A DNA stretch of 64,000 bases from a candidate division WOR-3 bacterium (GTDB lineage: Bacteria; Hydrothermota; Hydrothermia; Hydrothermales; JAJRUZ01), in NCBI GenBank assembly GCA_039803925.1, contig JBDRZL010000003.1, positions 67,855 to 131,854 of the forward strand, given 5' to 3'. The position numbers were made by a program, and so were the translations under genes. Positions 47,857 to 56,602 of this stretch are shown here, piece by piece. The notes below the pieces were generated by a model, which searched no databases, was not told the DNA's origin, and saw only the letters and a program-made list of their open reading frames with translations. Within the stretch, counting starts at the first letter, position 1, and every line of letters begins with the position of its first letter.

Positions 47857-49195
47857 AATTTATTCTTGAGAGTATAATTCCAAGGTTAAAAAGAATTCCG
47901 AAGTAAAGATGTAATTGAGCTGTAAATAAATCGAGGAGTCCGAATTGAAGGTAGTTTGGTTTAAAGGAAAGTCTTATATTTCTGTAGGCTATTGGTAAGG
48001 AAAACAAAACAAGAATTGTTTGCCAGGGAAGCATTCTTAAAAATATGAAAACAATCGTTAAAATATATGAAAAAGAGATAAGTAAAAGGTAATAATAAGA
48101 TGAACCTTTTATACCCAAATAGGATGCAATAGTTTTATAACCTGCTTTTATATCTTCAACAAGGTCTCTGAAGTTATTTCCGTGGAGAATTCCTATTACA
48201 AGAAGTCCTATCGGTATGGATATAATAAAGGGTAAAATTGAGATTTCTCCAGTTTGAACATAGTATGAACCAAGTGCAAGAAGTGGACCGAATCCAAGAA
48301 ATACAGAAATATCACCAAGGGCCCTGTATTTTAAACCTATAGGTTTTATCTGATAAAAAACACCAAGGAAAAATCCTATTATTCCTATTATTAAAACCCA
48401 AATTCCCTTTAAGAAAGTTAAAAATATTCCTATAAGAGAGCCAATTATTAATAGAGAAATAACAAGAATTGTTTGTTCCTTAACAGTTAGTAACTTATCC
48501 TGGAGCATTCTTGAAGCACCAAGAACAAGCCAGTCATCAACACCGTATTTATAGTCCATAAGGTCATTCAAGGCATTTACTCCAGCGTGAATGAAAAGGA
48601 CACCGAAAAATGTGAGCAAAAGGAGGGGTATATTAACTTTTGGGGCAATAAATGCTCCTACAAGAACCGATATAAGTGTTGCTGTAAAAGCAAAAGGTCT
48701 TGTTGCCCTGAAGAATCTTTCAATTTTTGGCATTCCCTTATCCAGTTCAAGGGCTTTCTTAAAATCTTCTTCCTGAGGGATAATTTCCTCTCTTGGTTTG
48801 AATACTGTTCTAAAATCAGATAGATAGATTTTTGTTGGCTTAATTTTGATGATAACAAGATCTTTGATCATTTTAACAAAAGGGATAAGTTCAATATTTT
48901 TCTGGAAAAGTAAAGCTCTTTCCTCTTCTCTTTCTTTAGGATTTCCAAGAATTTCTACTTCTCCTTCACCCTGAATAAAAAAGTCCGGTATTCCTTTTTC
49001 AATAACGAAAAAAACTTTGTTGTTTTTGATTAAATTTTTATAGTTGTTGGATTTTTCTATAATTGCATAAATATAAAGCCCTTTACTCGCAAAATAAACT
49101 CTGCTTGACCAAAGATTTTCTCCAAAGGTTGAAATGGTCATGCTTTTATTTTTTTTGAATACTTCAAAAATTATTTTAATAGTTTTTTCTTCCAT
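47849..49195 (-). CDS. Fusion protein: PNPOx-like (FMN-binding split-barrel) N-terminal domain plus a UbiA/MenA-family prenyltransferase.
   Basis: The C-terminal membrane domain carries NDLMDYKYGVDD (NDxxDxxxGxD) and the second motif FRDLVEDIKAG. The N-terminal 140 aa resemble the pyridoxamine-5'-phosphate-oxidase-like fold. Confidence 0.65.
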   Translation of the reverse strand: MEEKTIKIIFEVFKKNKSMTISTFGENLWSSRVYFASKGLYIYAIIEKSNNYKNLIKNNKVFFVIEKGIPDFFIQGEGEVEILGNPKEREEERALLFQKNIELIPFVKMIKDLVIIKIKPTKIYLSDFRTVFKPREEIIPQEEDFKKALELDKGMPKIERFFRATRPFAFTATLISVLVGAFIAPKVNIPLLLLTFFGVLFIHAGVNALNDLMDYKYGVDDWLVLGASRMLQDKLLTVKEQTILVISLLIIGSLIGIFLTFLKGIWVLIIGIIGFFLGVFYQIKPIGLKYRALGDISVFLGFGPLLALGSYYVQTGEISILPFIISIPIGLLVIGILHGNNFRDLVEDIKAGYKTIASYLGIKGSSYYYLLLISFSYILTIVFIFLRMLPWQTILVLFSLPIAYRNIRLSFKPNYLQFGLLDLFTAQLHLYFGILFNLGIILSRINYG

Positions 49196-49463
49196 CCTTT
49201 GAGTTAGATAATTTAAGGATTTGAACCTTAATTAAAAATTATAAAAAAAGAAAAATTTTTTTTCAATTGTCACAAAATTTAAATATAAAAAACAAGAGCG
49301 AAATTCTCTGTTAGCTTTATATTGAATATGTTTTTAAAACTTGTTAATAAGTTTTTAAAACTTTTTTTTATGTTAGGTTATCCTTGTAAAGATGTATAAA
49401 TTCTTTATTCAGGAAGAGAATTTTTGGAAAAGGTTGCATTGATTTAGGTTATACCATACCTTT

Positions 49464-50321
49464 TCACATACTTTTTGCCATTTCATAAAGCTTTTTTATT
49501 CTTTTTTCAACAGGGGGATGGGTTGAGAAAAGCTCAAAGAGGGTTTCACCTTTTAAAGGGTTTTCAATAAATAAGTGGTGAGTTCCCTCATAAATCTCAG
49601 CTGGAGCTATTTTTATTCCCTTTGATATTTTTTCAAGTGCTTTTGCAAGATAAAGAGGATTGAGAGATAGCTTTGCCCCATATTCGTCTGCCATATATTC
49701 CCTTGACCTTGATATTGCAAGCTGTATTAACATAGTAATTATTGGCGTAAATATTAAAAGTATTAAAGCTCCAATAAAAGATAAGGGATTATTCTCCTCC
49801 CTGTCCTTGCTATTAAACCCAAACATTAACCCCCATCTTATCCAGTGTATTATTATTGAAATTGCTCCTGCAATTGTTGCTGCTATTGAGGCTATAAGAA
49901 CATCCCTGTTTTTTATATGGGCAATTTCATGAGCTAAAACCCCCTTTATTTCCTCTTTTGTTAGAATCTGCAATAGCCCCTGAGTAACTGCAACACAAGA
50001 TTTTTCAGGACCCCTTCCTGTTGCAAAGGCATTGGGCTGAATCATCGGTATCAGGTAAATTTCAGGTTTTTTAATACCTGCTCTTGAGGCAAGCTCCTCT
50101 ACAATTTCATGAAGAAAAGGTGCTTCTTCATATCTAATTTTCTTTGCACCATACATAGTAAGAACTATTTTGTCAGAGAAATAGTAGGATACAAAGTTCA
50201 TTATTCCAGCAAGAATTAGAGCATAGATCATACCAGTATAACCACCTAAAAGATTACCAAGAAATATTAAAATTCCTGTCAAAAAACCTAAAAATAAAAC
50301 CGTTTTTATTCTGTAATTCAT
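49464..50321 (-). CDS. htpX: Protease HtpX (M48 family).
   Basis: HEIAHIKNRD HExxH motif. Two N-terminal transmembrane segments. Confidence 0.85.
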   Translation of the reverse strand: MNYRIKTVLFLGFLTGILIFLGNLLGGYTGMIYALILAGIMNFVSYYFSDKIVLTMYGAKKIRYEEAPFLHEIVEELASRAGIKKPEIYLIPMIQPNAFATGRGPEKSCVAVTQGLLQILTKEEIKGVLAHEIAHIKNRDVLIASIAATIAGAISIIIHWIRWGLMFGFNSKDREENNPLSFIGALILLIFTPIITMLIQLAISRSREYMADEYGAKLSLNPLYLAKALEKISKGIKIAPAEIYEGTHHLFIENPLKGETLFELFSTHPPVEKRIKKLYEMAKSM

Positions 50322-50379
50322 AATTTATATATACCACGTAATGTTTTTGTTTTCAATCTTTATGTTTCACGTGAAACAT

Positions 50380-51924
50380 TTAAAGGTAACTTAACCAGTA
50401 TTCTCTGTCGAGTGTTCTATAGTTTATTGCCTCTGCTATATGTTCTTTTTTTATTTTTATGGAACTTTCTAAATCTGCTATTGTTCTTGAAAGTTTTAAT
50501 ATTCTTGAATAAGCCCTTGCGGAGAGGCTTAAATTTTCCATTGCCTTTAAAATAAGGTTTTCGCATTCTCCGTCAATTTTAATGTATTTTTTTATAAGTT
50601 TTGAATTTAAATGGGAATTTGAATATATCCCATTTTCACTTTTATATCTTTCAAGTTGTATTTCTCTTGCCTTAATAACCCTTTCCCTTATTTTTTCTGA
50701 ACATTCCCCCTCCTCTTTATTTTTTAAATCATAAGGAGAAAGGGCTGGTACTTCAATATGTATATCAATTCTGTCAAGGAGTGGTCCAGAAATCTTTCTT
50801 GTATACTTTCTTATCTCCCTTGCAGTGCACCTGCATTCCCTTCTTCTATCTGTTAAATATCCACAGGGACAGGGATTCATTGCAGCAATAAGCATAAATC
50901 TTGCAGGATAAGTTAATGAAGTTTTTGCCCTTGAAATAGTTACAATTCCATCTTCAAGGGGTTGTCTTAATACTTCTAAAACATCTCTTTTAAATTCAGG
51001 GAGTTCATCAAGAAATAAAACTCCATTGTGAGCAAGTGAGACCTCGCCTGGTTTTGGAACCTGTCCTCCTCCAATCATTCCTGCTGTTGATATTGTATGA
51101 TGTGGAGCTCTGAAAGGTCTTCTTGCAATGAGTGGTTCATCTTGTGAAAGTGTTCCTGCAACTGAATGAATTTTTGTTACCTCAAGGGCTTCTTCAAGAG
51201 ATAAGGGAGGGAGTATTGAAGGGACTCTTCTTGAAAGCATTGTTTTACCTGCTCCAGGCGGACCTATCATTAAAACATTGTGTCCTCCAGCAGCTGCTAT
51301 TTCAAGTGCTCTTTTAACATGGTATTGTCCCTTTACCTCTGAAAAATCTTCCTTATAACCTGATAGTTCTTTGAATACCTTAATTTTATCAATATTAACA
51401 GGTTTTAAATTTTCTTCCCCCCTTAATACCCTTATCGTATGATTTAAACTTTTTACTGGATAAATAAGAACATCCTGGACCAAACCCCCTTCTTTAGCAT
51501 TTTCCTCAGGAAGATAAATTTCCCTTATCCCTTTTTCTTTTAATAGAAGGACAATTGGGAGAACACCTTTAATTTTTCTTAATTTTCCATCAAGGGAAAG
51601 TTCGCCTAAGAAAGCTTTATTTTTTAAAACATATGGTTCTATTAAATTACAAGATGCTAAAATTCCAAGAGCAATTGGTAAATCAAAGCCTGCACCTTCT
51701 TTTTTAATATCAGCAGGTGCTAAATTTATAACAATCTTTTTTACAGGAAGACTGAATCCTGAATTTTTTATTGCTGAAAGAACCCTTTCTTTTGATTCCT
51801 TTACTGCAGTTTCAGGTAAACCAACAAGGGTATAGGAAGGGAGTCCTGGTGATAAATCAACTTCAACTTCTACTAAAAAACCATTTATTCCATAATAGGA
51901 GGCTGATAAGACCTTTTCAACCAT
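50380..51924 (-). CDS. YifB/ComM-family Mg-chelatase-like AAA+ ATPase.
   Basis: The N-terminal Lon-like domain (GINGFLVEVEVDLSPGLP) and the Walker A GPPGAGKTM. Confidence 0.85.
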   Translation of the reverse strand: MVEKVLSASYYGINGFLVEVEVDLSPGLPSYTLVGLPETAVKESKERVLSAIKNSGFSLPVKKIVINLAPADIKKEGAGFDLPIALGILASCNLIEPYVLKNKAFLGELSLDGKLRKIKGVLPIVLLLKEKGIREIYLPEENAKEGGLVQDVLIYPVKSLNHTIRVLRGEENLKPVNIDKIKVFKELSGYKEDFSEVKGQYHVKRALEIAAAGGHNVLMIGPPGAGKTMLSRRVPSILPPLSLEEALEVTKIHSVAGTLSQDEPLIARRPFRAPHHTISTAGMIGGGQVPKPGEVSLAHNGVLFLDELPEFKRDVLEVLRQPLEDGIVTISRAKTSLTYPARFMLIAAMNPCPCGYLTDRRRECRCTAREIRKYTRKISGPLLDRIDIHIEVPALSPYDLKNKEEGECSEKIRERVIKAREIQLERYKSENGIYSNSHLNSKLIKKYIKIDGECENLILKAMENLSLSARAYSRILKLSRTIADLESSIKIKKEHIAEAINYRTLDREYWLSYL

Positions 51925-51932
51925 AAAACTTA

Positions 51933-52295
51933 TTATAAATTAAATCCCTCATAAAAAGCATTTTCTAAAATATTTAAATTTTCTCCCTCAATTATTGCAA
52001 CATCAAATCTTACATCAACTTTTTCATACAAATTTTTTCTTTCAAGATAAATTTTTGAAAATTTAATAATTCTATCAATTTTCTTTTTATTTATTGATTG
52101 GATTCCTAATAGAAAATCGCCTTTCTTTCTCTTTTTAACCTCAACAAATACAATTAGATTATCCTTTTTTAAAATTAAATCAATTTCTCCTCCTCTGAAA
52201 TATACATTTCTATCTAAAAGTTTATAACCTTTTTTAAAATATTCCTTTAAGACTAAATCCTCACCCTTATGTCCTTCCTTTAATTTATTCTTCAA
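51933..52295 (-). CDS. yraN: YraN-family (UPF0102) endonuclease.
   Basis: GHKGEDLVLKEYFKKGYKLLDRNVYF..GEIDLI...IVFVEVK. Confidence 0.8.
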   Translation of the reverse strand: MKNKLKEGHKGEDLVLKEYFKKGYKLLDRNVYFRGGEIDLILKKDNLIVFVEVKKRKKGDFLLGIQSINKKKIDRIIKFSKIYLERKNLYEKVDVRFDVAIIEGENLNILENAFYEGFNL

Positions 52296-52779
52296 TATTA
52301 ACTATTTCCACTTCTTTTGTTTTTAAATCAATTATTGCAAAAGTTTTTTTATCATAAAGGTATCCGCAGGCTTCACCAGGATTTAAAAAAATTGTATTTT
52401 CTTTTCTAACATGGATAACCTTGTGCCAGTGCCCAAAAAGTAAAAAATCTATTCCCTTTGTTTCTGCAAAATAATCTTCTGGATAAATATGGAAAAGCAT
52501 AAATTTTATTTTTTTTAATTCGTATAAAAGGGGTGGCTCATAAATTTCAAAATTCAGTGATTTTGCCCTTTCATAAAGACCCTGTTTTTCTCCATCATTG
52601 TTTCCAAAAATAGCCACAAGTTTTCCGGAATATATTTCCCTTATTTTATTTAAAGTGAAAGGTGATATTATGTCACCAAGATGAAATACAAAATCAATTT
52701 TTCTCTGATTTATCTTTTTGAAAGCCTTAACTACGGCTTCTAAGTTATCGTGGGTATCACTTATACAGGCAATTTTCAT
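52285..52779 (-). CDS. YfcE/MJ0936-like metallophosphoesterase.
   Basis: MKIACISDTHDN...FHLGDI...GNND...GHWH motifs. Confidence 0.75.
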   Translation of the reverse strand: MKIACISDTHDNLEAVVKAFKKINQRKIDFVFHLGDIISPFTLNKIREIYSGKLVAIFGNNDGEKQGLYERAKSLNFEIYEPPLLYELKKIKFMLFHIYPEDYFAETKGIDFLLFGHWHKVIHVRKENTIFLNPGEACGYLYDKKTFAIIDLKTKEVEIVNIEE

Positions 52780-53174
52780 TTTATTAAATATTTTTCAAAA
52801 ATTTTTTTTATTTCTTCAGGGATTCTTATTGGTTTAAAATTTCTGTCAGTGAATACATGTCTTGTATAGCCTGTAGCAAGTAAAGCACCATCTCTTAATA
52901 CATCATAGTGAATTTTAAAGGAAGAATTTTTTATTTCCTTTATTCCAAGTTTGATTACAAGTTCTTCATCATAATGAGCAGGTGATTTGTAGTTACAGTA
53001 GGCCTCAATGACAGGTAAAAATAACCCTCTTTTTTCAAGTTCACTGTATGGATAACCGTTTTCCCTCATAAAACTTGACCTTGCTGCTTCAAAATATATA
53101 AAAAAATTTGCGTAATAAACAACTCCCATCTGGTCAGTTTCAGCATATCTAACAAATAATTTGTATTCAAACAT
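52776..53174 (-). CDS. 4HBT-fold acyl-CoA thioesterase (YbgC-like).
   Basis: The N-terminus FVRYAETDQMGVVYYANFFIYFEAARSSF is the hotdog-fold thioesterase signature. Confidence 0.75.
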   Translation of the reverse strand: MFEYKLFVRYAETDQMGVVYYANFFIYFEAARSSFMRENGYPYSELEKRGLFLPVIEAYCNYKSPAHYDEELVIKLGIKEIKNSSFKIHYDVLRDGALLATGYTRHVFTDRNFKPIRIPEEIKKIFEKYLIK

Positions 53175-53198
53175 AATTTTATAATAAAATAAAAAACT

Positions 53199-54611
53199 AT
53201 GATTTTTCTAAAAATTCTTATAATAATTAATTTTTTTGAATTTAGGCCCCATTTTAATAAGGGGTTTATATTTATTCCCTATGAAATTAACTATTTGCAC
53301 TATGGCTCCTACGGTGTAGCTACTGATAATGTTTTTAGTGTAATTTATGATAATCCATTTTATGATATAGGTTTATCATTTTTTTTACTTTTTGATGAGG
53401 GAATTGATTCAAGGATATTTTATGCAGAAAAAATTGTTATGGGAGGTTATGGAGTTGATTTATTTTTGCAGAAAAAATTTATAGGAGGTAATAAAAATTT
53501 ATTTTTACCCTTTGATATAAAACTTAGTTTTGAAGATTTTTATTCACAGTTAAGAACTATAAATTCTTTTAAGCCATCCTTCAAATTTTCTCCATCATAT
53601 TATCAAAATTTTTCAAAAAATCTAAAACCAGGAATAAAGTTAGAGGGAATTTATAATATTCAGGGGGAAAGGGATATTCTGGTTTTAAACCCCTTAATTG
53701 ATCTTATTCTTTTCCCTCAAAAAATTCTCTCTTTATCAATTTCTTTAAATTATAAAAATTTATTTTCTTCTGGTTTAAATTACTCATATCCCGAGGTAAG
53801 GCTAACACTTTTTTCAAATCCTCTTTTGAATATTTTTCTTCTTTTACAGGGTTTTCTTTCTTTAAAATCAGGTGAAAATCCTTTCAGTGGTGGTTTAAAA
53901 GGTGATTATTTATATGGGGAGCCTGTTTTAAAGGAAGGAGCTGGATTTAAATTTCTTCTTGGTTTTGTTATTTATCCTGAAAAGAAGAGGAAAATTCAGA
54001 TTTTTGTAAAAGATGAAGAAGGTAAATACTTATCACCGAATGTAGAGGAAAATCCTGCAATTGGTTTTGAAAGAAGAAAGGAAGGTTTTTATGAAAAAAT
54101 TAATTTAAAGCCTGATACTTATTTAGTAAGATTTAGTTTAGAAGGATATAGGGATACATCAATTTATTTATATCCAGAGGAAATTGAAAAGGATCTGGCA
54201 AAGTATTTTATAACAATGAAAAAGATTGAATTAAGGGAAGAAATTGAAAAGCCTTTAACTATTGAAAGAACTGATTTTTATTTTTATTTTGATTCTGCAA
54301 AGGCTGAAATTAAGGAAATTTACGGGGATACCTTTGATTTAATTTTAAAAATAATTAAAGAAAGTAAAAAGGATACAGTAAATTTACTTGTAAGGGGTAA
54401 TGCATCCCCTGAGGGTGATACTTTATTTAACAGGAGATTATCCTTTGAAAGGGCAAATAGGGTTTTCAATTTTTTGAATCTATTACTTTATAGAGATGTT
54501 TTTATTTTAGGCAAAGTTGAGTCTGAGTATGATTCAAAAACAAAAGTTTCGGATTTGCCAAAATCAGAGTGGAAGTATAAAAGAAGAGTTCATTTAAAGA
54601 TATTGAAATAA
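53199..54611 (+). CDS. OmpA-family protein with a C-terminal OmpA-like peptidoglycan-binding domain.
   Basis: C-terminus VNLLVRGNASPEGDTLFNRRLSFERANRVFNFL matches the OmpA_C core (.G.TD..G....N..LS..RA..V). Confidence 0.6.
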   Translation: MIFLKILIIINFFEFRPHFNKGFIFIPYEINYLHYGSYGVATDNVFSVIYDNPFYDIGLSFFLLFDEGIDSRIFYAEKIVMGGYGVDLFLQKKFIGGNKNLFLPFDIKLSFEDFYSQLRTINSFKPSFKFSPSYYQNFSKNLKPGIKLEGIYNIQGERDILVLNPLIDLILFPQKILSLSISLNYKNLFSSGLNYSYPEVRLTLFSNPLLNIFLLLQGFLSLKSGENPFSGGLKGDYLYGEPVLKEGAGFKFLLGFVIYPEKKRKIQIFVKDEEGKYLSPNVEENPAIGFERRKEGFYEKINLKPDTYLVRFSLEGYRDTSIYLYPEEIEKDLAKYFITMKKIELREEIEKPLTIERTDFYFYFDSAKAEIKEIYGDTFDLILKIIKESKKDTVNLLVRGNASPEGDTLFNRRLSFERANRVFNFLNLLLYRDVFILGKVESEYDSKTKVSDLPKSEWKYKRRVHLKILK

Positions 54612-54662
54612 TTTCTTTAAAAATTTTAAAGAGATATTAGATAATGGGAAAAGGTAAAAATT

Positions 54663-54849
54663 CGCAGGCTAAAGCCTGCGCCTACCATTTTTTTGAAAAT
54701 CTTCTGCTGGGGAGTCACACCTTTTAAGGTATAAAGTAAAAGCATTTTTAGAATATTGTTTCTATTATCCTTCCTATTATCTTCACCCTTAATTTTCCAA
54801 AAAAACAAAGGTTCTATAATTTTATGGTAGCCGCACCCTTTAGGGTGCG
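54663..54849. mobile_element. MITE-like 187-bp element with 26-bp hairpin-forming terminal inverted repeats, flanked by an 8-bp direct repeat TAAAAATT.
   Basis: Left end CGCAGGCTAAAGCCTGCGCCTACCAT matches the reverse complement of the right end ATGGTAGCCGCACCCTTTAGGGTGCG, with compensatory GG/CC changes inside the stem. TAAAAATT at 54655-54662 and 54850-54857. The left hairpin plus the TTTTTTT run also acts as the terminator for the upstream gene. Confidence 0.4.
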
Positions 54850-54947
54850 TAAAAATTCGCTTTAAGATTAAAATATGAAAAATAAAAAAAGTTTAAAAAA
54901 TAATGATAGATAGGAAAATTGAGGTGAAAATGCAAAGGATTTTATAA

Positions 54948-55187
54948 AAAAATGCCTATGTTGAAAGATTTAAAGAGGAGTATACAGGAACATTTTGTAG
55001 AGGCACTTCTTGTAATCTTATTGAGCCAGAAAAATTCAATATTAACTTAATCAATTACCTGCTCTTTTATAACACTAAAAAACCCCATAAATCTTTAAAT
55101 AATTTTTCTCCCCTTGATTATTTTTTAAAAACATATATTAATAATCCTTATCAGTCTAAAATGTTATGGTATTCTACAATAACTTGA
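54948..55187 (+). pseudogene. C-terminal remnant of a DDE transposase (rve integrase-core, IS481/IS3-like).
   Basis: The frame reads NAYVERFKEEYTGTFCRGTSCNLIEPEKFNINLINYLLFYNTKKPHKSLNNFSPLDYF, the conserved end of the rve domain. An in-frame stop lies immediately upstream at 54945. No N-terminal part is present. Confidence 0.7.
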
Positions 55188-55235
55188 AAAAAACTTAAAA
55201 AGAAATTAGAATTCAATATATAGGGAGGTAAAATT

Positions 55236-55448
55236 ATGGAGAAAAAATGGATGGAATATTTATCAAAAGCTGTTGATGCTTTTATTGATGATATGAAAAC
55301 AATTGTTCCTGAAGAAACTAAAACTCACCTAAGAAACTCAGTTAAGGAGTTCATGCTCGCTATTAAAGTCCTTATAGAGAAAAAAATTGAAAAGATTGAA
55401 GGAGAAAAAAAGAAGGAGGGACATAAGGTAGAAATTAAGGAAGCTTAA
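55236..55448 (+). CDS. Small soluble helical protein, co-transcribed with the ArsA-like ATPase.
   Basis: 70 aa with no transmembrane segment and no Cys. An RBS-like GGGAGG lies upstream. 8-nt gap to the next gene. Confidence 0.4.
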   Translation: MEKKWMEYLSKAVDAFIDDMKTIVPEETKTHLRNSVKEFMLAIKVLIEKKIEKIEGEKKKEGHKVEIKEA

Positions 55449-55455
55449 AAAATTA

Positions 55456-56598
55456 ATGAGAATAATACTTTTCACAGGAAAAGGAGGGGTAGGTAAAACT
55501 ACAATTGCCGCTGCAACAGGTGCATACGCCTCTATCCTGAATAAAAAAGTTCTCATTATTTCTGTTGATCCTGCTCACTCTCTTTCGGATGTTCTTGAAG
55601 TAGAGCTTGAAGCAGAACCAAAGGAAGTAAATAAAAATTTTTTTGCTCAAGAAGTTGATGTATATTACTCAGTTGAAAAATTTTGGGGGGAACTAAAAGA
55701 TTACATAAGAGCCCTATTTCAGTGGAAAGGGGTTGACGAAATTTTAGCAGAAGAACTATCTGTTTTACCAGGTATGGAAGAAGTTTCCTCTTTTTTATGG
55801 ATCAATAAACATTTAAAAGACGGAATTTATGATGTTATAATTCTTGATGCTGCACCAACAGGAGAAACTCTCAGATTTCTTTCAATTCCCGATGTTGCTA
55901 AATGGTGGATTGATAAAATCTTACCTATACAGAAAAAGATAGTTAAAGTTGTAAGACCCGCAGTAAAAGCTATCACAGATTTTCCTCTGCCAGAGGATGA
56001 AACATACGATGCCGCAGAAAATCTTTTTAATGACTTATTTTTTTTATATAAAACACTTCAGAATCCTGAAATCTCTTCAATAAGGCTTGTAGCAAACCCT
56101 GAAAAAATGGTTATGAGAGAAACAGAAAGAGCTTTTACCTATCTTCATTTATATGGTTATCCTGTGGATGCGGTTATATTAAATAGGGTTGTTGATGAAA
56201 ATAATTTTCTTTATGAAATTCAGAAAAACTATCTTGAAAGGATAAAAACAAGTTTTGAGCCCCTTCCTTTATTTAAGGTTCCATATTATAACAAAGAAAT
56301 TTTAGGTTTTGATAATCTTGTAAAGCTGGGTGAAGAAATTTATGGTTCAGAGGACCCTTTAAAGGTATTTTACAGGGATAGTCCCTTTGAAATTTTGAGT
56401 ATGGATGGAAAGTATATTTTAAAACTTTATTTCAAGAACTTAAAAAAGGATAAAGCGTCTGTTTTTCAAAGGGGAGAAGACCTTGTTATAAGAATAGGTA
56501 ATCAAAAAAGGCACTTTTATCTGCCAAGAGTTTTAACTTCTAAGATTGCAAAAGAAGCTATTATAAGGGATAATTCTCTTGATGTAATTTTTGAATAA
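55456..56598 (+). CDS. ArsA/Get3-family ATPase (single ATPase domain).
   Basis: P-loop GKGGVGKTT, the DPAHSLSD signature, and LDAAPTGETLRFL (the DTAPTGHTLRLL equivalent). Confidence 0.8.
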   Translation: MRIILFTGKGGVGKTTIAAATGAYASILNKKVLIISVDPAHSLSDVLEVELEAEPKEVNKNFFAQEVDVYYSVEKFWGELKDYIRALFQWKGVDEILAEELSVLPGMEEVSSFLWINKHLKDGIYDVIILDAAPTGETLRFLSIPDVAKWWIDKILPIQKKIVKVVRPAVKAITDFPLPEDETYDAAENLFNDLFFLYKTLQNPEISSIRLVANPEKMVMRETERAFTYLHLYGYPVDAVILNRVVDENNFLYEIQKNYLERIKTSFEPLPLFKVPYYNKEILGFDNLVKLGEEIYGSEDPLKVFYRDSPFEILSMDGKYILKLYFKNLKKDKASVFQRGEDLVIRIGNQKRHFYLPRVLTSKIAKEAIIRDNSLDVIFE

Positions 56599-56602
56599 AT
56601 TA

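Noticed and set aside
50380-52295. The yraN endonuclease plus yifB/comM ATPase pair as a defence module.
   Set aside because: This gene pair is broadly conserved in bacterial core genomes, often near rnhB or DNA-uptake genes. It is not a specific anti-phage system.
54626-54808. A 60-aa minus-strand ORF in the OmpA-to-transposase spacer.
   Set aside because: It overlaps the MITE-like element and hairpins. It has no RBS or motif, and the region is better explained as non-coding mobile-element debris.
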